Counted from the whole stretch's first letter, positions 24,241-37,245 are shown. The stretch: 63,887 nucleotides of DNA, filler included, from Vicugna vicugna (GCA_013265495.1; 79 parts of 74 records of this genome joined end to end with filler, not necessarily neighbours in it), one strand, 5' to 3'. Notes: generated by a model not told the origin, from the sequence alone. Program-made: numbers and translations.

Positions 24241-25838
24241 TTTAGATAGGACATATCCTCTTCAGGTAATCNNNNNNNNNNNNNNNNNNNNNNNNNNNNN
24301 NNNNNNNNNNNNNNNNNNNNNNNNNNNNNNNNNNNNNNNNNNNNNNNNNNNNNNNNNNNNNNNNNNNNNNNNNNNNNNNNNNNNNNNNNNNNNNNNNNNN
24401 NNNNNNNNNNNNNNNNNNNNNNNNNNNNNNNNNNNNNNNNNNNNNNNNNNNNNNNNNNNNNNNNNNNNNNNNNNNNNNNNNNNNNNNNNNNNNNNNNNNN
24501 NNNNNNNNNNNNNNNNNNNNNNNNNNNNNNNNNNNNNNNNNNNNNNNNNNNNNNNNNNNNNNNNNNNNNNNNNNNNNNNNNNNNNNNNNNNNNNNNNNNN
24601 AATCATCTCTCAATTAAACAAAATAAATAAGGAAAACATAAAAACATATTAGAATGCTAAAATTTCAAAAATCTCCTACCAATCTAACCTATTTTGAAGA
24701 ATTGCTCTCCATAATCATACCATACCTNNNNNNNNNNNNNNNNNNNNNNNNNNNNNNNNNNNNNNNNNNNNTTAATTAATTAANNNNNNNNNNNNNNNNN
24801 NNNNNNNNNNNNNNNNNNNNNNNNNNNGGTCAGAGAGAGCTGGGGGGTAATGCACCATCTCTGGCAGCATGGCTGGGGGTCAGGGCCTCAAAGCCACAGT
24901 GTGATGACCAGTTTCATGCACTGTCCCTGGTGAAAAATGTAGTCAGAATCTATGTGGGCACCACCTGTGGGCCCGTTCGCCTCAAGAGCTGTTTCGCATC
25001 TGCCCCACGCATCGCAGGCTTCGGGGGTCAGCCAGAGGTTTGGGCAGAATTCATGCCCATTATTTGGGTTGGGGCTCCCACTAGTCTGTCTGCTCCTTCC
25101 TGGGGTTCCCCCTTCACCCTCCAGCTGCTGTGGTCACCTCCATCTCCATTCTCTATAGTTTTTTCAAACCAGCAAGAGGATAGGTTTCTCTCCAAGTTTT
25201 AGTCACCCCTGCCAACCCGGGGTCCTACGCTCATGGAAGAAGCTGTAAAAGTGGGAAACTCACCCAGTGCCATGCCATTCCCTTCCTCCCAGGTGTCAAA
25301 CTGTTACCTCCACTCTGTGCCTTCCTTTGGTCACTCTTTAGTGTCTTCAGGTCGGCTCTTATATCTTTAAGTGTTGCCTGGAGTTTATAGCTGTTACCTG
25401 TGTGTATTTGTTTAGGCCAGGGGGTGTAGGTGGCAGAAAGGTCAAAAAGGACCCTAAAGAGCTGTCTTTTTAGGTATCAGATCCTGTGCAGATCCATCCA
25501 TTTTTGTCTTAAAATTAGATGCAGATGACATCAGAACTGTTTTAGAACTATGATCTCACAAAACCATGATTCACTGCTGACCTTTCTCCTGCCTGTTTTG
25601 TTCCTGCTGTCTTGTTTCACCTAAATGTCTGCTCAGTTCAATTACTGTTCGAGAATGATTTATTGATTACTCACTAGACATGAGGGATGATGCTGGATCC
25701 TCTACCTGTTGAAATCGTGTTGATTCCAAATTCACATCNNNNNNNNNNNNNNNNNNNNNNNNNNNNNNNNNNNNNNNNNNNNTTAATTAATTAANNNNNN
25801 NNNNNNNNNNNNNNNNNNNNNNNNNNNNNNNNNNNNNN

Positions 25839-26249
25839 TTTGATCCCAGAAAAACACTCTTGGAGCGAATTCTATCCTAGAGAGATTTAATTAGAATAGA
25901 TTCCATCTACATGATATTACATGTTCCTTACATGCTACATTCATGACGGATTTGACAAACATGCATTCCTGAGTTGAGAGCATGTGGATTACTAATCTTT
26001 CATCCTCTATAAAAGGAATATTTTCAGCTAGACTCGTGACACATTTTCACAAGCTTTCCCTAACACCAGTTTCGAATTCGTGGTTTTTTCACAGAAAAAT
26101 AGTTCTGGAGCGATTTCCACGTAATAGGTATGTAATTTACATGAATTCCATCAAATGAATTCCATCAACATGGCATTCCGGGTTCCTTACATGATACATA
26201 CATAACGTATTCGGCAATCATGCATTTCTGACTTGTGAGCATGTGGATT
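25839..26249 (-). repeat. Satellite D
   Basis: Colinear with 17477-17880. Contains a 14-bp tandem duplication at 26141-26168. Confidence 0.92.
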
Positions 26250-26819
26250 NNNNNNNNNNNNNNNNNNNNNNNNNNNNNNNNNNNNNNNNNNNNTTAATTA
26301 ATTAANNNNNNNNNNNNNNNNNNNNNNNNNNNNNNNNNNNNNNNNNNNNTTTAACCCAAAAATACAATTTCTCGACTATTAAATTCTTACTCGTTACTTT
26401 ATTAACATTACTAGCTGAATTATTTATATCCTTTCTATTTTATAAAACTGCTGTCTCTTACTTTTCCCAATGTGCAACTAGGCCTACAAGATTGATGATG
26501 GCTAAACATCATGAAGAAACAGATAAAATTTATAACCCTGAATAAAATACATATAATATTGTGATTCTAGGTATGGGAATGAGCAATGAAGGGTAAACAC
26601 TTCCTGGATCATAATAGACTAGTAAGACAGGTGATCCAGAGAACTTTTAGTATCAACAGGGCCTGATAAAAAAACTAACACCTTNNNNNNNNNNNNNNNN
26701 NNNNNNNNNNNNNNNNNNNNNNNNNNNNNNNNNNNNNNNNNNNNNNNNNNNATGAAATGTCTCTCAAAATATTGGTCGAATTTAGGAACAAGGGGGAGAA
26801 CTGTGAATGAAAATACTAC

Positions 26820-27086
26820 ACTGTGAATGAAAATTCTGCAACCATGTCAGTAAACAAAGAATGCTGAAACCAAGTCATCAGCAGCTGCCGCCATCCCCCA
26901 GCGAGGACAGGCCTGCAGCCCAGCCAAGGCAGCCACTCAGAATGGTGCCCTCTGAGCAGACACAAAGTAAGAAAAGACAAGATACTGGCCCTAGATAGCT
27001 AGGTGCTTGCCGAAGGAATGAATTCAATGACCGAAATGATACTTCCCACCATACATAGAAAAGAGCTAAATACTTGAACTTGAGAA
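26820..27086 (+). mobile_element. Probable ERV LTR 5' portion
   Basis: tgaatgaaaattctgcaaccatgtcagtaaacaaagaatgctg...gccctagatagct resembles laurasiatherian ERV1 LTRs. Confidence 0.45.
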
Positions 27087-27186
27087 NNNNNNNNNNNNNN
27101 NNNNNNNNNNNNNNNNNNNNNNNNNNNNNNTTAATTAATTAANNNNNNNNNNNNNNNNNNNNNNNNNNNNNNNNNNNNNNNNNNNN

Positions 27187-27690
27187 GATGGCCTTCCTAA
27201 AATTAAACCACGGCTGCCCAGAGCCCTCAGAACAGTGTTTGAATTTCTTATCATAACATCTGAGATGCCTCTTGAGGTGGCCCTGCCAACTTCTCCTGCC
27301 GCATTCTCCTCATGCTCATACATCTGGATTCTGAAGTCCCTCAAACATGCCACGTGCTCTCACTTGTTTTTTTTTTTCAAGAGCCCTTCCATCTTCTGGA
27401 AAGCCCTTACCTCCACTCCACCTGACTGGTTCTTTTCCTTTCAGGACACAGTTCAAATATTATCTCTACAGAAAGTCATTTCTAAATACCTTACACCTCT
27501 CACCACCACCCACCCTACTGAAGTGAGGTCACCCTCTCCCAGATTCTGCAAACATCTTAGCATATCCCTAACATGGCTGTGTTGTAATTGCAGGTTTACT
27601 TCTCTGCCCCCCACTCCTCCCCTCCCTGGGCAGTCTGAGGGCTGAGCAGGGTTTGTGGAGTCATGGCTTTCATCACACTAATCCCAGGGC
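27187..27690 (+). mobile_element. Decayed LINE-2 3' region
   Basis: Pyrimidine-rich L2-type text: ggccctgcc, ctcaaacatgcc, ttctggaaagccctt, tcctttcagg...cagttcaaat, tgtaattg...tttacttctctg. Confidence 0.65.
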
Positions 27691-28094
27691 CACCATCTCT
27701 AGCTATAGCATGCCCGAGAAATGCTTACCTCCTTCTCNNNNNNNNNNNNNNNNNNNNNNNNNNNNNNNNNNNNNNNNNNNNTTAATTAATTAANNNNNNN
27801 NNNNNNNNNNNNNNNNNNNNNNNNNNNNNNNNNNNNNCAGAGGTTAGAGGCCTCTAATTCTTTTTCTGGAGACTTGTCCATGTATCTGTAAATCTATAAT
27901 TAGTTTACAAAACTTGGTTTATTATAAAAATCAAAAGAATATCCTGCAATCCATCCAAAAAGAAATGCTCATGGACTTAAAATGTTTCTCCTTTAAGATG
28001 ATTTCTCCTTTTTGGTCTATCTTAATTTATTAACAGCTATTCTCATCATCATAATGACCAAACTCGCTCTGAGTGGACACCTTCCTAAGGCTAA

Positions 28095-28245
28095 AATGCT
28101 TTCCTCACATTTTACTTCATAGCAGGTGTTTGCGGGTTGGTATCATTGTCTCCTTTTTTGCAGCTGAGGGATTGTGAGATGGAGCAGCTTGTCCCAAATC
28201 ACACGGAGGAGCTGGCGTAGCTTAGTGCTGGAACCCAGGCTGCAC
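28095..28245 (-). mobile_element. MIR remnant inside a duplicated segment
   Basis: tatcattgtctccttttttgcagctgaggga...cttgtcccaaatcacacgg...tggaacccagg. Confidence 0.55.
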
Positions 28246-28520
28246 AGGATGCATTCTTAATTGCTCCTCTAATCAGCCTCCCGTTGAGTGGTTACCCGAA
28301 CACCTGTGACTCCATAAATGGCCTATTATAGTGATCTCAGCCAGATAAGGCCTTCAAAAGAGAGACACCATTGAGAAAGTGAGACAGAGTGGCATAAATT
28401 AAAATTGTACAGTTTCACAANNNNNNNNNNNNNNNNNNNNNNNNNNNNNNNNNNNNNNNNNNNNTTAATTAATTAANNNNNNNNNNNNNNNNNNNNNNNN
28501 NNNNNNNNNNNNNNNNNNNN

Positions 28521-29655
28521 ACAGGTGTTCCCTTTTCGGGAAAGTCCGAGAAATAACTTCCCTGAGCTTGGGGAGTCTGCCTCTTTCACTGGGATATCCT
28601 GCAAACCCCCCTAGCATTCCCTGGCACAGAGACATTAGGAAAACCCTCAGGGGAGACGAGCTTAGGCATTCCGTTAGAACCCACGCGCTGCCGNNNNNNN
28701 NNNNNNNNNNNNNNNNNNNNNNNNNNNNNNNNNNNNNNNNNNNNNNNNNNNNNNNNNNNNNNNNNNNNNNNNNNNNNNNNNNNNNNNNNNNNNNNNNNNN
28801 NNNNNNNNNNNNNNNNNNNNNNNNNNNNNNNNNNNNNNNNNNNNNNNNNNNNNNNNNNNNNNNNNNNNNNNNNNNNNNNNNNNNNNNNNNNNNNNNNNNN
28901 NNNNNNNNNNNNNNNNNNNNNNNNNNNNNNNNNNNNNNNNNNNNNNNNNNNNNNNNNNNNNNNNNNNNNNNNNNNNNNNNNNNNNNNNNNNNNNNNNNNN
29001 NNNNNNNNNNNNNNNNNNNNNNNNNNNNNNNNNNNNNNNNNNNNNNNNNNNNNNNNNNNNNNNNNNNNNNNNNNNNNNNNNNNNNNNNNNNNNNNNNNNN
29101 NNNNNNNNNNNNNNNNNNNNNNNNNNNNNNNNNCCCCTAGCATTCCCTGGCACAGAGACATTAGGAAAACCCTCAGGGGAGACGAGCTTAGGCATTCCGT
29201 TAGAACACACGCGCTGCATACCGTTGGTGGAAGCTCCCCACGCTCCGTATTCCGAAAGCACTGTCAGTGCGTGGGGGAGCTCGAAAGACAACTCCACGCA
29301 GATCTCTTCACTCACAGGTGTTCCCTGTTCGGGGAAGTCCGAGAAATACCTTCCCTGACCTTGGGGAGGCAGCCTCTGTCACTGGGATATAACACCCCTA
29401 GCATTCCCAGGCACAGAGACATTAGGAAAACACTCAGGGGAGACGAGCTTAGGCATTCCGTTAGAACCCACACGCTGCCGAAAATTGGTTGAACCTCCCC
29501 ACGCTCAGGATTCCGGAACTATTGTCAGTGCTTGGGGAGCTCGAGAGAAAACTCCACGCAGCTCTCCTCAGTCACAGGTGTTCCCTGTTCGGGGAAGGCA
29601 AAGAAATACCACCCTGAACTTGGGGAGGCAGCCTCTGTCACTGGGATATCCTGCA
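28521..29655 (+). repeat. Satellite A (267-bp)
   Basis: Same monomer on both sides of a gap. Confidence 0.95.
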
Positions 29656-29919
29656 NNNNNNNNNNNNNNNNNNNNNNNNNNNNNNNNNNNNNNNNNNNNT
29701 TAATTAATTAANNNNNNNNNNNNNNNNNNNNNNNNNNNNNNNNNNNNNNNNNNNNGATCGTTTTTAAACACATAAACAGATTCAGAAACGTATGTCCCTA
29801 TGACATTTATTCTTACTGAAATAGCATATATATTCAATTGTCTATGCAGAAAATAGGTCCCATGATTGTGTTTAAGAACTATTTTGTGTATTGAAATATT
29901 TATTATTAAGTGCAGACAA

Positions 29920-30010
29920 GGAGGGTGGGTATTACTCCGTTGTAGAGCACCTATTGAGCATGCACATGTTCCTAGCTTCAATCCCCAGTACCATCATGAA
30001 AATAAATAAA
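29920..30010 (+). mobile_element. tRNA-derived SINE, Vic-1-like (camelid)
   Basis: ggagggtgggtattactccgttgtagagcac...agcatgcac...cctagcttcaatccccagtacc plus an aaaataaataaa tail. Degenerate A and B boxes. Matches the recalled Vic-1 layout GGGGAGGGTATAGCTCAGTGGTAGAG...AGCATGCAC...TTCAATCCCCAGTACC. Confidence 0.78.
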
Positions 30011-31436
30011 CACAAGTGCTTATTTAAAAATAAGAATAANNNNNNNNNNNNNNNNNNNNNNNNNNNNNNNNNNNNNNNNNNNNNNNNNNNNNNNNNNNNN
30101 NNNNNNNNNNNNNNNNNNNNNNNNNNNNNNNNNNNNNNNNNNNNNNNNNNNNNNNNNNNNNNNNNNNNNNNNNNNNNNNNNNNNNNNNNNNNNNNNNNNN
30201 NNNNNNNNNNNNNNNNNNNNNNNNNNNNNNNNNNNNNNNNNNNNNNNNNNNNNNNNNNNNNNNNNNNNNNNNNNNNNNNNNNNNNNNNNNNNNNNNNNNN
30301 NNNNNNNNNNNNNNNNNNNNNNNNNNNNNNNNNNNNNNNNNNNNNNNNNNNNNNNNNNNNNNNNNNNNNNNNNNNNNNNNNNNNNNNNNNNNNNNNNNNN
30401 NNNNNNNNNNNNNNNNNNNNNNNNNNNNNNNNNNNNNNNNNNNNNNNNNNNNNNNNNNNNNNNNNNNNNNNNNNNNNNNNNNNNNNNNNNNNNNNNNNNN
30501 NNNNNNNNNNNNNNNNNNNNNNNNNNNNNNNNNNNNNNNNNNNNNNNNNNNNNNNNNNNNNNNNNNNNNNNNNNNNNNNNNNNNNNNNNNNNNNNNNNNN
30601 NNNNNNNNNNNNNNNNNCTGTGCAGATACCTGAAATCACTCCTTTCTACTTTTTAAAATCCCTTCATGTAATACAGACTTTTAAAAAGCAAAGAAGTAGC
30701 TCAACCACAGACAGTGGACAGCTTTTCACCAAATTGAATTGACTCGNNNNNNNNNNNNNNNNNNNNNNNNNNNNNNNNNNNNNNNNNNNNTTAATTAATT
30801 AANNNNNNNNNNNNNNNNNNNNNNNNNNNNNNNNNNNNNNNNNNNNACCACTAGAGAAAAACAAGCAACATCATTAGTAATGGTTGGACTTTCAAAGCCT
30901 ACTCCTATTTTGCACTATAATCATTTTTAATGTTTTGTTATTTGTGCTTTCATAACACTAAAATAAAAAAACATAAACTATTTAAGTCATTACCTGAGAA
31001 TGCAACATGTGTGAAAATATACAATTTTAATTTATGCCACTCTGTCTCACATTCTCACTGGTGTCTCTCCTTTGAAGGCCTCATCAAGCTAAGATCACTA
31101 TAATCGGCCATTTATGGGGTCACAGGAGTTCGGGAAATCACTCAACGGGAGGCTGATTGAGGAGCAATTGAGAATGCATTCTGTGCAGCCTGGGTTCCAG
31201 CCCTGAGCCTGCCACCGCCAGCTGCGTTTGATTTGGGACAAGCTGCCCACTTCTCAATCCCTCAGGTGCAAAAAAGGAGACACTGATACCAACCGTCAAA
31301 CACCTGCTTTGAAGCAAAACATGAGAAACGCATTTTNNNNNNNNNNNNNNNNNNNNNNNNNNNNNNNNNNNNNNNNNNNNTTAATTAATTAANNNNNNNN
31401 NNNNNNNNNNNNNNNNNNNNNNNNNNNNNNNNNNNN

Positions 31437-31919
31437 TTGGTGGAACCTCCCCACCCTCTGGATTCCGGAACCATTGTCAGTACGTGGGGGAGGTCGTGAG
31501 ACAACTCCACGGAGCTCTCTTCATTCACAGGTGCTCCCTGATCGGGGAAGTCCGAGAAATACCTTCCCTGACCTTGGGGAGGCAGCCTCTGTCACTGGGA
31601 TATCCTGCAAACCCCCCTAGCATTCCCTGGCACAGAGACATAAGGAAAACCCTCAGGGGAGATGAACCCACGGGCTGCCGACCGTTGGTGGAACTTTCCC
31701 ACGCTCAGGATTCCGGAACCATTTTCAGTGCGTGGGGGAGCTCGAGAGAAAACTGCTCGCAGCTCTCTTCAGTCACAGGTGTTCCCTGATCGGGGAAGTC
31801 CGAGAAATACCTTCCCTGACCTTGGGGAGGCAGCCTCTGTCACTGGGATACCTGCAAACTCCCCTAGCATTCCGTGGCACAGAGAAATTACGAAAAACCT
31901 CAGGGGAGACGAGCTTAGG
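31437..31919 (+). repeat. Satellite A (267-bp)
   Basis: Same monomer, with a ~20-bp deletion near 31663. Confidence 0.95.
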
Positions 31920-32567
31920 NNNNNNNNNNNNNNNNNNNNNNNNNNNNNNNNNNNNNNNNNNNNTTAATTAATTAANNNNNNNNNNNNNNNNNNNNNNNNN
32001 NNNNNNNNNNNNNNNNNNNTGTCATTACAATACCACTGCAAAGAATATTATGGTGTTTCTATTTGTAGTTACAAACTTGGACTAAAAATTAACAAGTTTG
32101 CTTTTCTTCATGTAAAACATTGGTTATTTTATGAATGAACTCTAAGGATTTTAAATAACTTTTCAGTAACTTCAAGAAAGAAATTATCTTTAAGGCAAAA
32201 ATGTGTGATGGTTTGCAAATCTATTTTTATTATATCTTCACTTTTACCAGTGTCATATGTGTGTGTGTTTGCACAAGTGCTTTAACTACCAGCAACAAAA
32301 ATAAGAAAAATCACTAAAAATGTGAAAATAGTTAGTTTCCTGGTTTGTGTTTTCATTCTCCCAATATAGGTTTTGGATGACAAACTTTTATTTGAGAAGT
32401 ACACACCCTGTTGGAGGTGCTTTGTACATATGCTGAGATACTGCACATAAAATTGCCTCTGAAGCCCNNNNNNNNNNNNNNNNNNNNNNNNNNNNNNNNN
32501 NNNNNNNNNNNTTAATTAATTAANNNNNNNNNNNNNNNNNNNNNNNNNNNNNNNNNNNNNNNNNNNN

Positions 32568-33171
32568 ACCCAAGCCCCAGCACTAGGCTTACCAGATGTA
32601 AGGCGAGAGTTTAACCTGTTTGTGCATGAAAGAGACCAAACTGCTCTTAGAGTCCTGACTCAGAATGTGGGGCCATGGCAGCACCCTGTGGCCTATTTGT
32701 CTAAAAGACTGGACCCTGTAGCATCAGGATGGCCACCCTGTATACGGGCCGTCACTGCCACAGCCCCCCTGCTCAACAAGGCAAACGCACCCTGGGACAG
32801 ACTTTAAATGTAAAAAGTGCCCCATTCTGTGGTGGCCCTGATGAACGGCCCAGGTTACAAATGGATAACTAACACAAGAATGACCCACTACCAGGGGCTT
32901 CTATGTGAAAANNNNNNNNNNTCTAGAGACTGTGTGAACCTTAAACCCAGCCACATATTTGCCTGAGAGGGAAGGGCGGCCTGACTACGACTGCAAAGAA
33001 ATCATTGAAGAAGTGTACGCGAGCAGGCCTGATCTAACCGACAAGCCCCTGCAAAACCCAGACCTGGAACTTTTCACAGACAGCAGCAGTTACATGCAGG
33101 ATGGACAACGGCGAGCAGGTTATGCTGTAACAACAACTGGAGAGGTAATAAAGGCAGAATCCCTTCCCCCA
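32568..33171 (+). pseudogene. pol: Class I (gammaretrovirus-like) ERV pol fragment: RT connection and RNase H start
   Basis: Translations [57 protein letters not shown] and LFTDSSSY...RRAGYAV. Frameshifts near 32790-32820 and an in-frame TGA near 32935. Confidence 0.93.
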
Positions 33172-33888
33172 NNNNNNNNNNNNNNNNNNNNNNNNNNNNN
33201 NNNNNNNNNNNNNNNTTAATTAATTAANNNNNNNNNNNNNNNNNNNNNNNNNNNNNNNNNNNNNNNNNNNNGTTTTAGTTGAAATATTCCAACTGGGATA
33301 AATTAATCAGTGCCTAAAAATGAACAAATAAGTTTGTATTTCTATGCAACATGAGAGCAGGCTTCATATGTTTCTATATAATATATATGATTGTGTGNNN
33401 NNNNNNNNNNNNNNNNNNNNNNNNNNNNNNNNNNNNNNNNNNNNNNNNNNNNNNNNNNNNNNNNNNNNNNNNNNNNNNNNNNNNNNNNNNNNNNNNNNNN
33501 NNNNNNNNNNNNNNNNNNNNNNNNNNNNNNNNNNNNNNNNNNNNNNNNNNNNNNNNNNNNNNNNNNNNNNNNNNNNNNNNNNNNNNNNNNNNNNNNNNNN
33601 NNNNNNNNNNNNNNNNNNNNNNNNNNNNNNNNNNNNNNNNNNNNNNNNNNNNNNNNNNNNNNNNGAATTTTTGAAAATAACTATTAGTATGTTTCACCGG
33701 TCTCCCTAGAAACTTGATATGTTTGTGCTTTTTAGTTTTCAGTTTATGAAAATTGTATATGCACACTAGTTTTTAAGTAGTCCTTTTTNNNNNNNNNNNN
33801 NNNNNNNNNNNNNNNNNNNNNNNNNNNNNNNNTTAATTAATTAANNNNNNNNNNNNNNNNNNNNNNNNNNNNNNNNNNNNNNNNNNNN

Positions 33889-34735
33889 CTGGTGATAGAA
33901 AGAAGCTACGAAGTTGAAGTAAATATTTCAAAGCGCATAGGTAACTAGTGTGGTGTTTGAAAAATGAGTCATTCGCATGTTCACAACTCAGAAATGCATG
34001 TTTGAAAAATCCGTGATGCATGAAACATGTTCGGAATACGGAATGCCAAGGTTATTTAAACAATGTAAATTACATGTGTATTGTTGAGAATTCGCTCAAA
34101 GAGTTTTTTCTGGTGCCTAATGTCCTATTTNNNNNNNNNNNNNNNNNNNNNNNNNNNNNNNNNNNNNNNNNNNNNNNNNNNNNNNNNNNNNNNNNNNNNN
34201 NNNNNNNNNNNNNNNNNNNNNNNNNNNNNNNNNNNNNNNNNNNNNNNNNNNNNNNNNNNNNNNNNNNNNNNNNNNNNNNNNNNNNNNNNNNNNNNNNNNN
34301 NNNNNNNNNNNNNNNNNNNNNNNNNNNNNNNNNNNNNNNNNNNNNNNNNNNNNNNNNNNNNNNNNNNNNNNNNNNNNNNNNNNNNNNNNNNNNNNNNNNN
34401 NNNNNNNNNNNNNNNNNNNNNNNNNNNNNNNNNNNNNNNNNNNNNNNNNNNNNNNNNNNNNNNNNNNNNNNNNNNNNNNNNNNNNNNNNNNNNNNNNNNN
34501 NNNNNNNNNNNNNNNNNNNNNNNNNNNNNNNNNNNNNNNNNNNNNNNNNNNNNNNNNNNNGTGGAATCTTATTATATCTCTCTAGGGTAGAATTCACTCC
34601 AAGAGTGTTTTTCTGGGATCAAAGTTTTATTCTTGAAACTGATGATAGGAAGAAGCAATGAAGTCAAATTAAATATTTCAATGTACATATGTAAATTGTT
34701 TGGTGGTTGAAACATCAGTTATGCGCATGTTCACA
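33889..34735 (+). repeat. Satellite D
   Basis: Same unit on both sides of a gap. Confidence 0.92.
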
Positions 34736-34835
34736 NNNNNNNNNNNNNNNNNNNNNNNNNNNNNNNNNNNNNNNNNNNNTTAATTAATTAANNNNNNNNN
34801 NNNNNNNNNNNNNNNNNNNNNNNNNNNNNNNNNNN

Positions 34836-35512
34836 TCTTCACTCCGCTCTTGGCAAACCATCAAGGAAGGCAAGCTAAGGTATTCTAGTAGAACCAAGGC
34901 ACTGCAGTCTTTTGGAGTAGTCTCTCCAAGCTCAGGATTCCAGAAAACTTATCCTTGTGTGTGCTGTTCGTGGAGAAACAGAGTCCACGCATATTCAATG
35001 GGGCACAGGTATTCCCTTGTTTGGTGTTGTTGGTTAAACACCTCCACTTCCCATGGAGAGACACTCACTTATACTTGAATTTAGAGCCCAAATCCCACTT
35101 TGAACCGCACTCCGGCTTATGCAATCCATCAGGGAAGAGAAGCTTAAGGATTCTACTAGAACAATATCACTGCTGTCAGTTGGAGGCAATTTCCCACTCT
35201 CAGGATTCTGGAAGCCAGAATTGTGGAGGGGGATTTGTGTATCCCCACTCAACTTAGTTGGATGTGGGCACAGGTGTTCCCCTTTAAGGAGAATTCATCT
35301 AAACTCTTCCTCAGTCCATCAGGGGGCAATCGCTACTATTTGGCCTCAAAACCCAAACCCCAGCTTTCCCTCAGAGCCAGGCCTTGGGAAACACTCAGGG
35401 ATACGGGGTTCTATTAGAACCCAAGCGCTGCTGTCACTTGAAAGTGTAGGCCCACACACAGGATACATGAAAAAGTCTTCGTGTGTGTGTTGGAAGTGGG
35501 GAAACAGAGTCC
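34836..35512 (+). repeat. Satellite B
   Basis: tagaac landmark at 34889, 35157 and 35415 (268 and 258 bp). Confidence 0.9.
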
Positions 35513-35612
35513 NNNNNNNNNNNNNNNNNNNNNNNNNNNNNNNNNNNNNNNNNNNNTTAATTAATTAANNNNNNNNNNNNNNNNNNNNNNNNNNNNNNNN
35601 NNNNNNNNNNNN

Positions 35613-36293
35613 ACCCTGAGACTCCTTATTTAAAGTTCCAACACAGCCAATTTAAAAGCCTATATGATCAAATAGTCAGAATTAACTTGTAAACAAATAA
35701 ATCTTTATTTGGCTATATTTGAGAAAAATGAGGGTAACTTTATAGAGAAAAAAGTTTATATTTTAGTGGATATTAAATTCTAGTTTTGTTAATTGAAGTC
35801 TTCATTTAGTAAGACACTTCCCAGATCATTCCTTTCTGTTATGTGACACTGCTGAAAAGTTTAATTGAATTATTAAAAGGATACCCTAGCTTTGTTTCTG
35901 AACCTCAGTAATCTAACTTTGGGTAAAGTTCCAATGCCCCATGACCTACAGCCAGGGGATTATACATCCTGGAACAGGCANNNNNNNNNNNNNNNNNNNN
36001 NNNNNNNNNNNNNNNNNNNNNNNNNNNNNNNNNNNNNNNNNNNNNNNNNNNNNNNNNNNNNNNNNNNNNNNNNNNNNNNNNNNNNNNNNNNNNNNNNNNN
36101 NNNNNNNNNNNNNNNNNNNNNNNNNNNNNNNNNNNNNNNNNNNNNNNNNNNNNNNNNNNNNNNNNNNNNNNNNNNNNNNNNNTAGACAGCTAACCCAAGA
36201 CATTGGACCAGGCCTGTATACTAATTACTTTGACAATTTTTTCTCCAGCCTTTGATTATGAACTACACCAATTGTTAAGTTTATGGTAAATTA
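35613..36293 (+). mobile_element. Class I ERV internal fragment with an integrase C-terminal remnant
   Basis: AT-rich internal-type sequence followed by HDLQPGDYTSWNR (35940-35980), which resembles the HxLQPGDxVxWKR motif at the end of class I pol. Confidence 0.55.
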
Positions 36294-36393
36294 NNNNNNN
36301 NNNNNNNNNNNNNNNNNNNNNNNNNNNNNNNNNNNNNTTAATTAATTAANNNNNNNNNNNNNNNNNNNNNNNNNNNNNNNNNNNNNNNNNNNN

Positions 36394-37030
36394 AAATATA
36401 CCAGTTCTTCATCCAGTCATCTGTTGATGGACATTTAGACTGTGACCATGTCTTGGGTTTTGTAAATAATTCTGCTATGAACATTGGGGTGCAGGTGTCA
36501 TCCTGTAGTAGGTTTCCTTCTGGATATATGCCCAGGAAAGGGGTTCCTGGGTCATACGGTAAGTCTATTCCTAGTCTTTTGAGGATTCTCCATACTATTT
36601 TCCACAGTGGTTGCACCAATATGCATTCCCACAACCAGTGTAGGAGGTTCCCTTTTCTCCACAGCCTCTCCAGCATTTGTCATTTGTGGACGTTTGAATG
36701 ATGGCCATTCTGCCTGATGTGAGGTGATACCTGATTGTAATTTTGATTCACATTTCTCTGNNNNNNNNNNNTCACATTTCTAATTCGTGATACTGAGTAT
36801 TTTTTCATAATCATTGATCATTTGTATGTCTTCCCCAGAGAATTGCTTGTTTAGGTCTTTTGCCCAGTTTTGGATTGATTTGCTTGTTTTTTTCTTCTTT
36901 ATTCATATGGATTGCTTCTATATTCAGGAGATCAAGCCTTTGTCAGTATCATTTGCAAAAATTTTCTCCCATTCTGTAGGGTGTTGTTTCGTTTTCCTTA
37001 TGATTTCCTTTGTTGTGCAGAAGCTTGTAA
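36394..37030 (-). mobile_element. LINE-1 ORF2 C-terminal fragment
   Basis: The minus-strand translation [24 protein letters not shown]...LGIYP...CTPMFIA..FT..KTW.Q.KCPS is the L1 ORF2p C-terminus. Confidence 0.95.
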
Positions 37031-37130
37031 NNNNNNNNNNNNNNNNNNNNNNNNNNNNNNNNNNNNNNNNNNNNTTAATTAATTAANNNNNNNNNNNNNN
37101 NNNNNNNNNNNNNNNNNNNNNNNNNNNNNN

Positions 37131-37245
37131 ATCTTCTGGGTCTGCCAGCTTTTCAAATAAAGTCACTATTCCTTGTTCCAACAGCTCATCTCCAGATTTA
37201 TTGGCCTGTCATGCAGTAAGCAGAACGAGATTGGACTTGATAACA
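37131..37245 (+). mobile_element. 3' end (R-U5) of an ERV1 LTR, MER41-like artiodactyl type
   Basis: AATAAA signal, then tattggcctgtcatgcagtaagcag...ttggacttgataACA ending in CA. Continues the text where the 41465 LTR stops. Confidence 0.65.

Noticed and set aside
29920..29995. tRNA gene
   Set aside because: Degenerate A/B boxes, no intact cloverleaf and an A-rich tail indicate a SINE.
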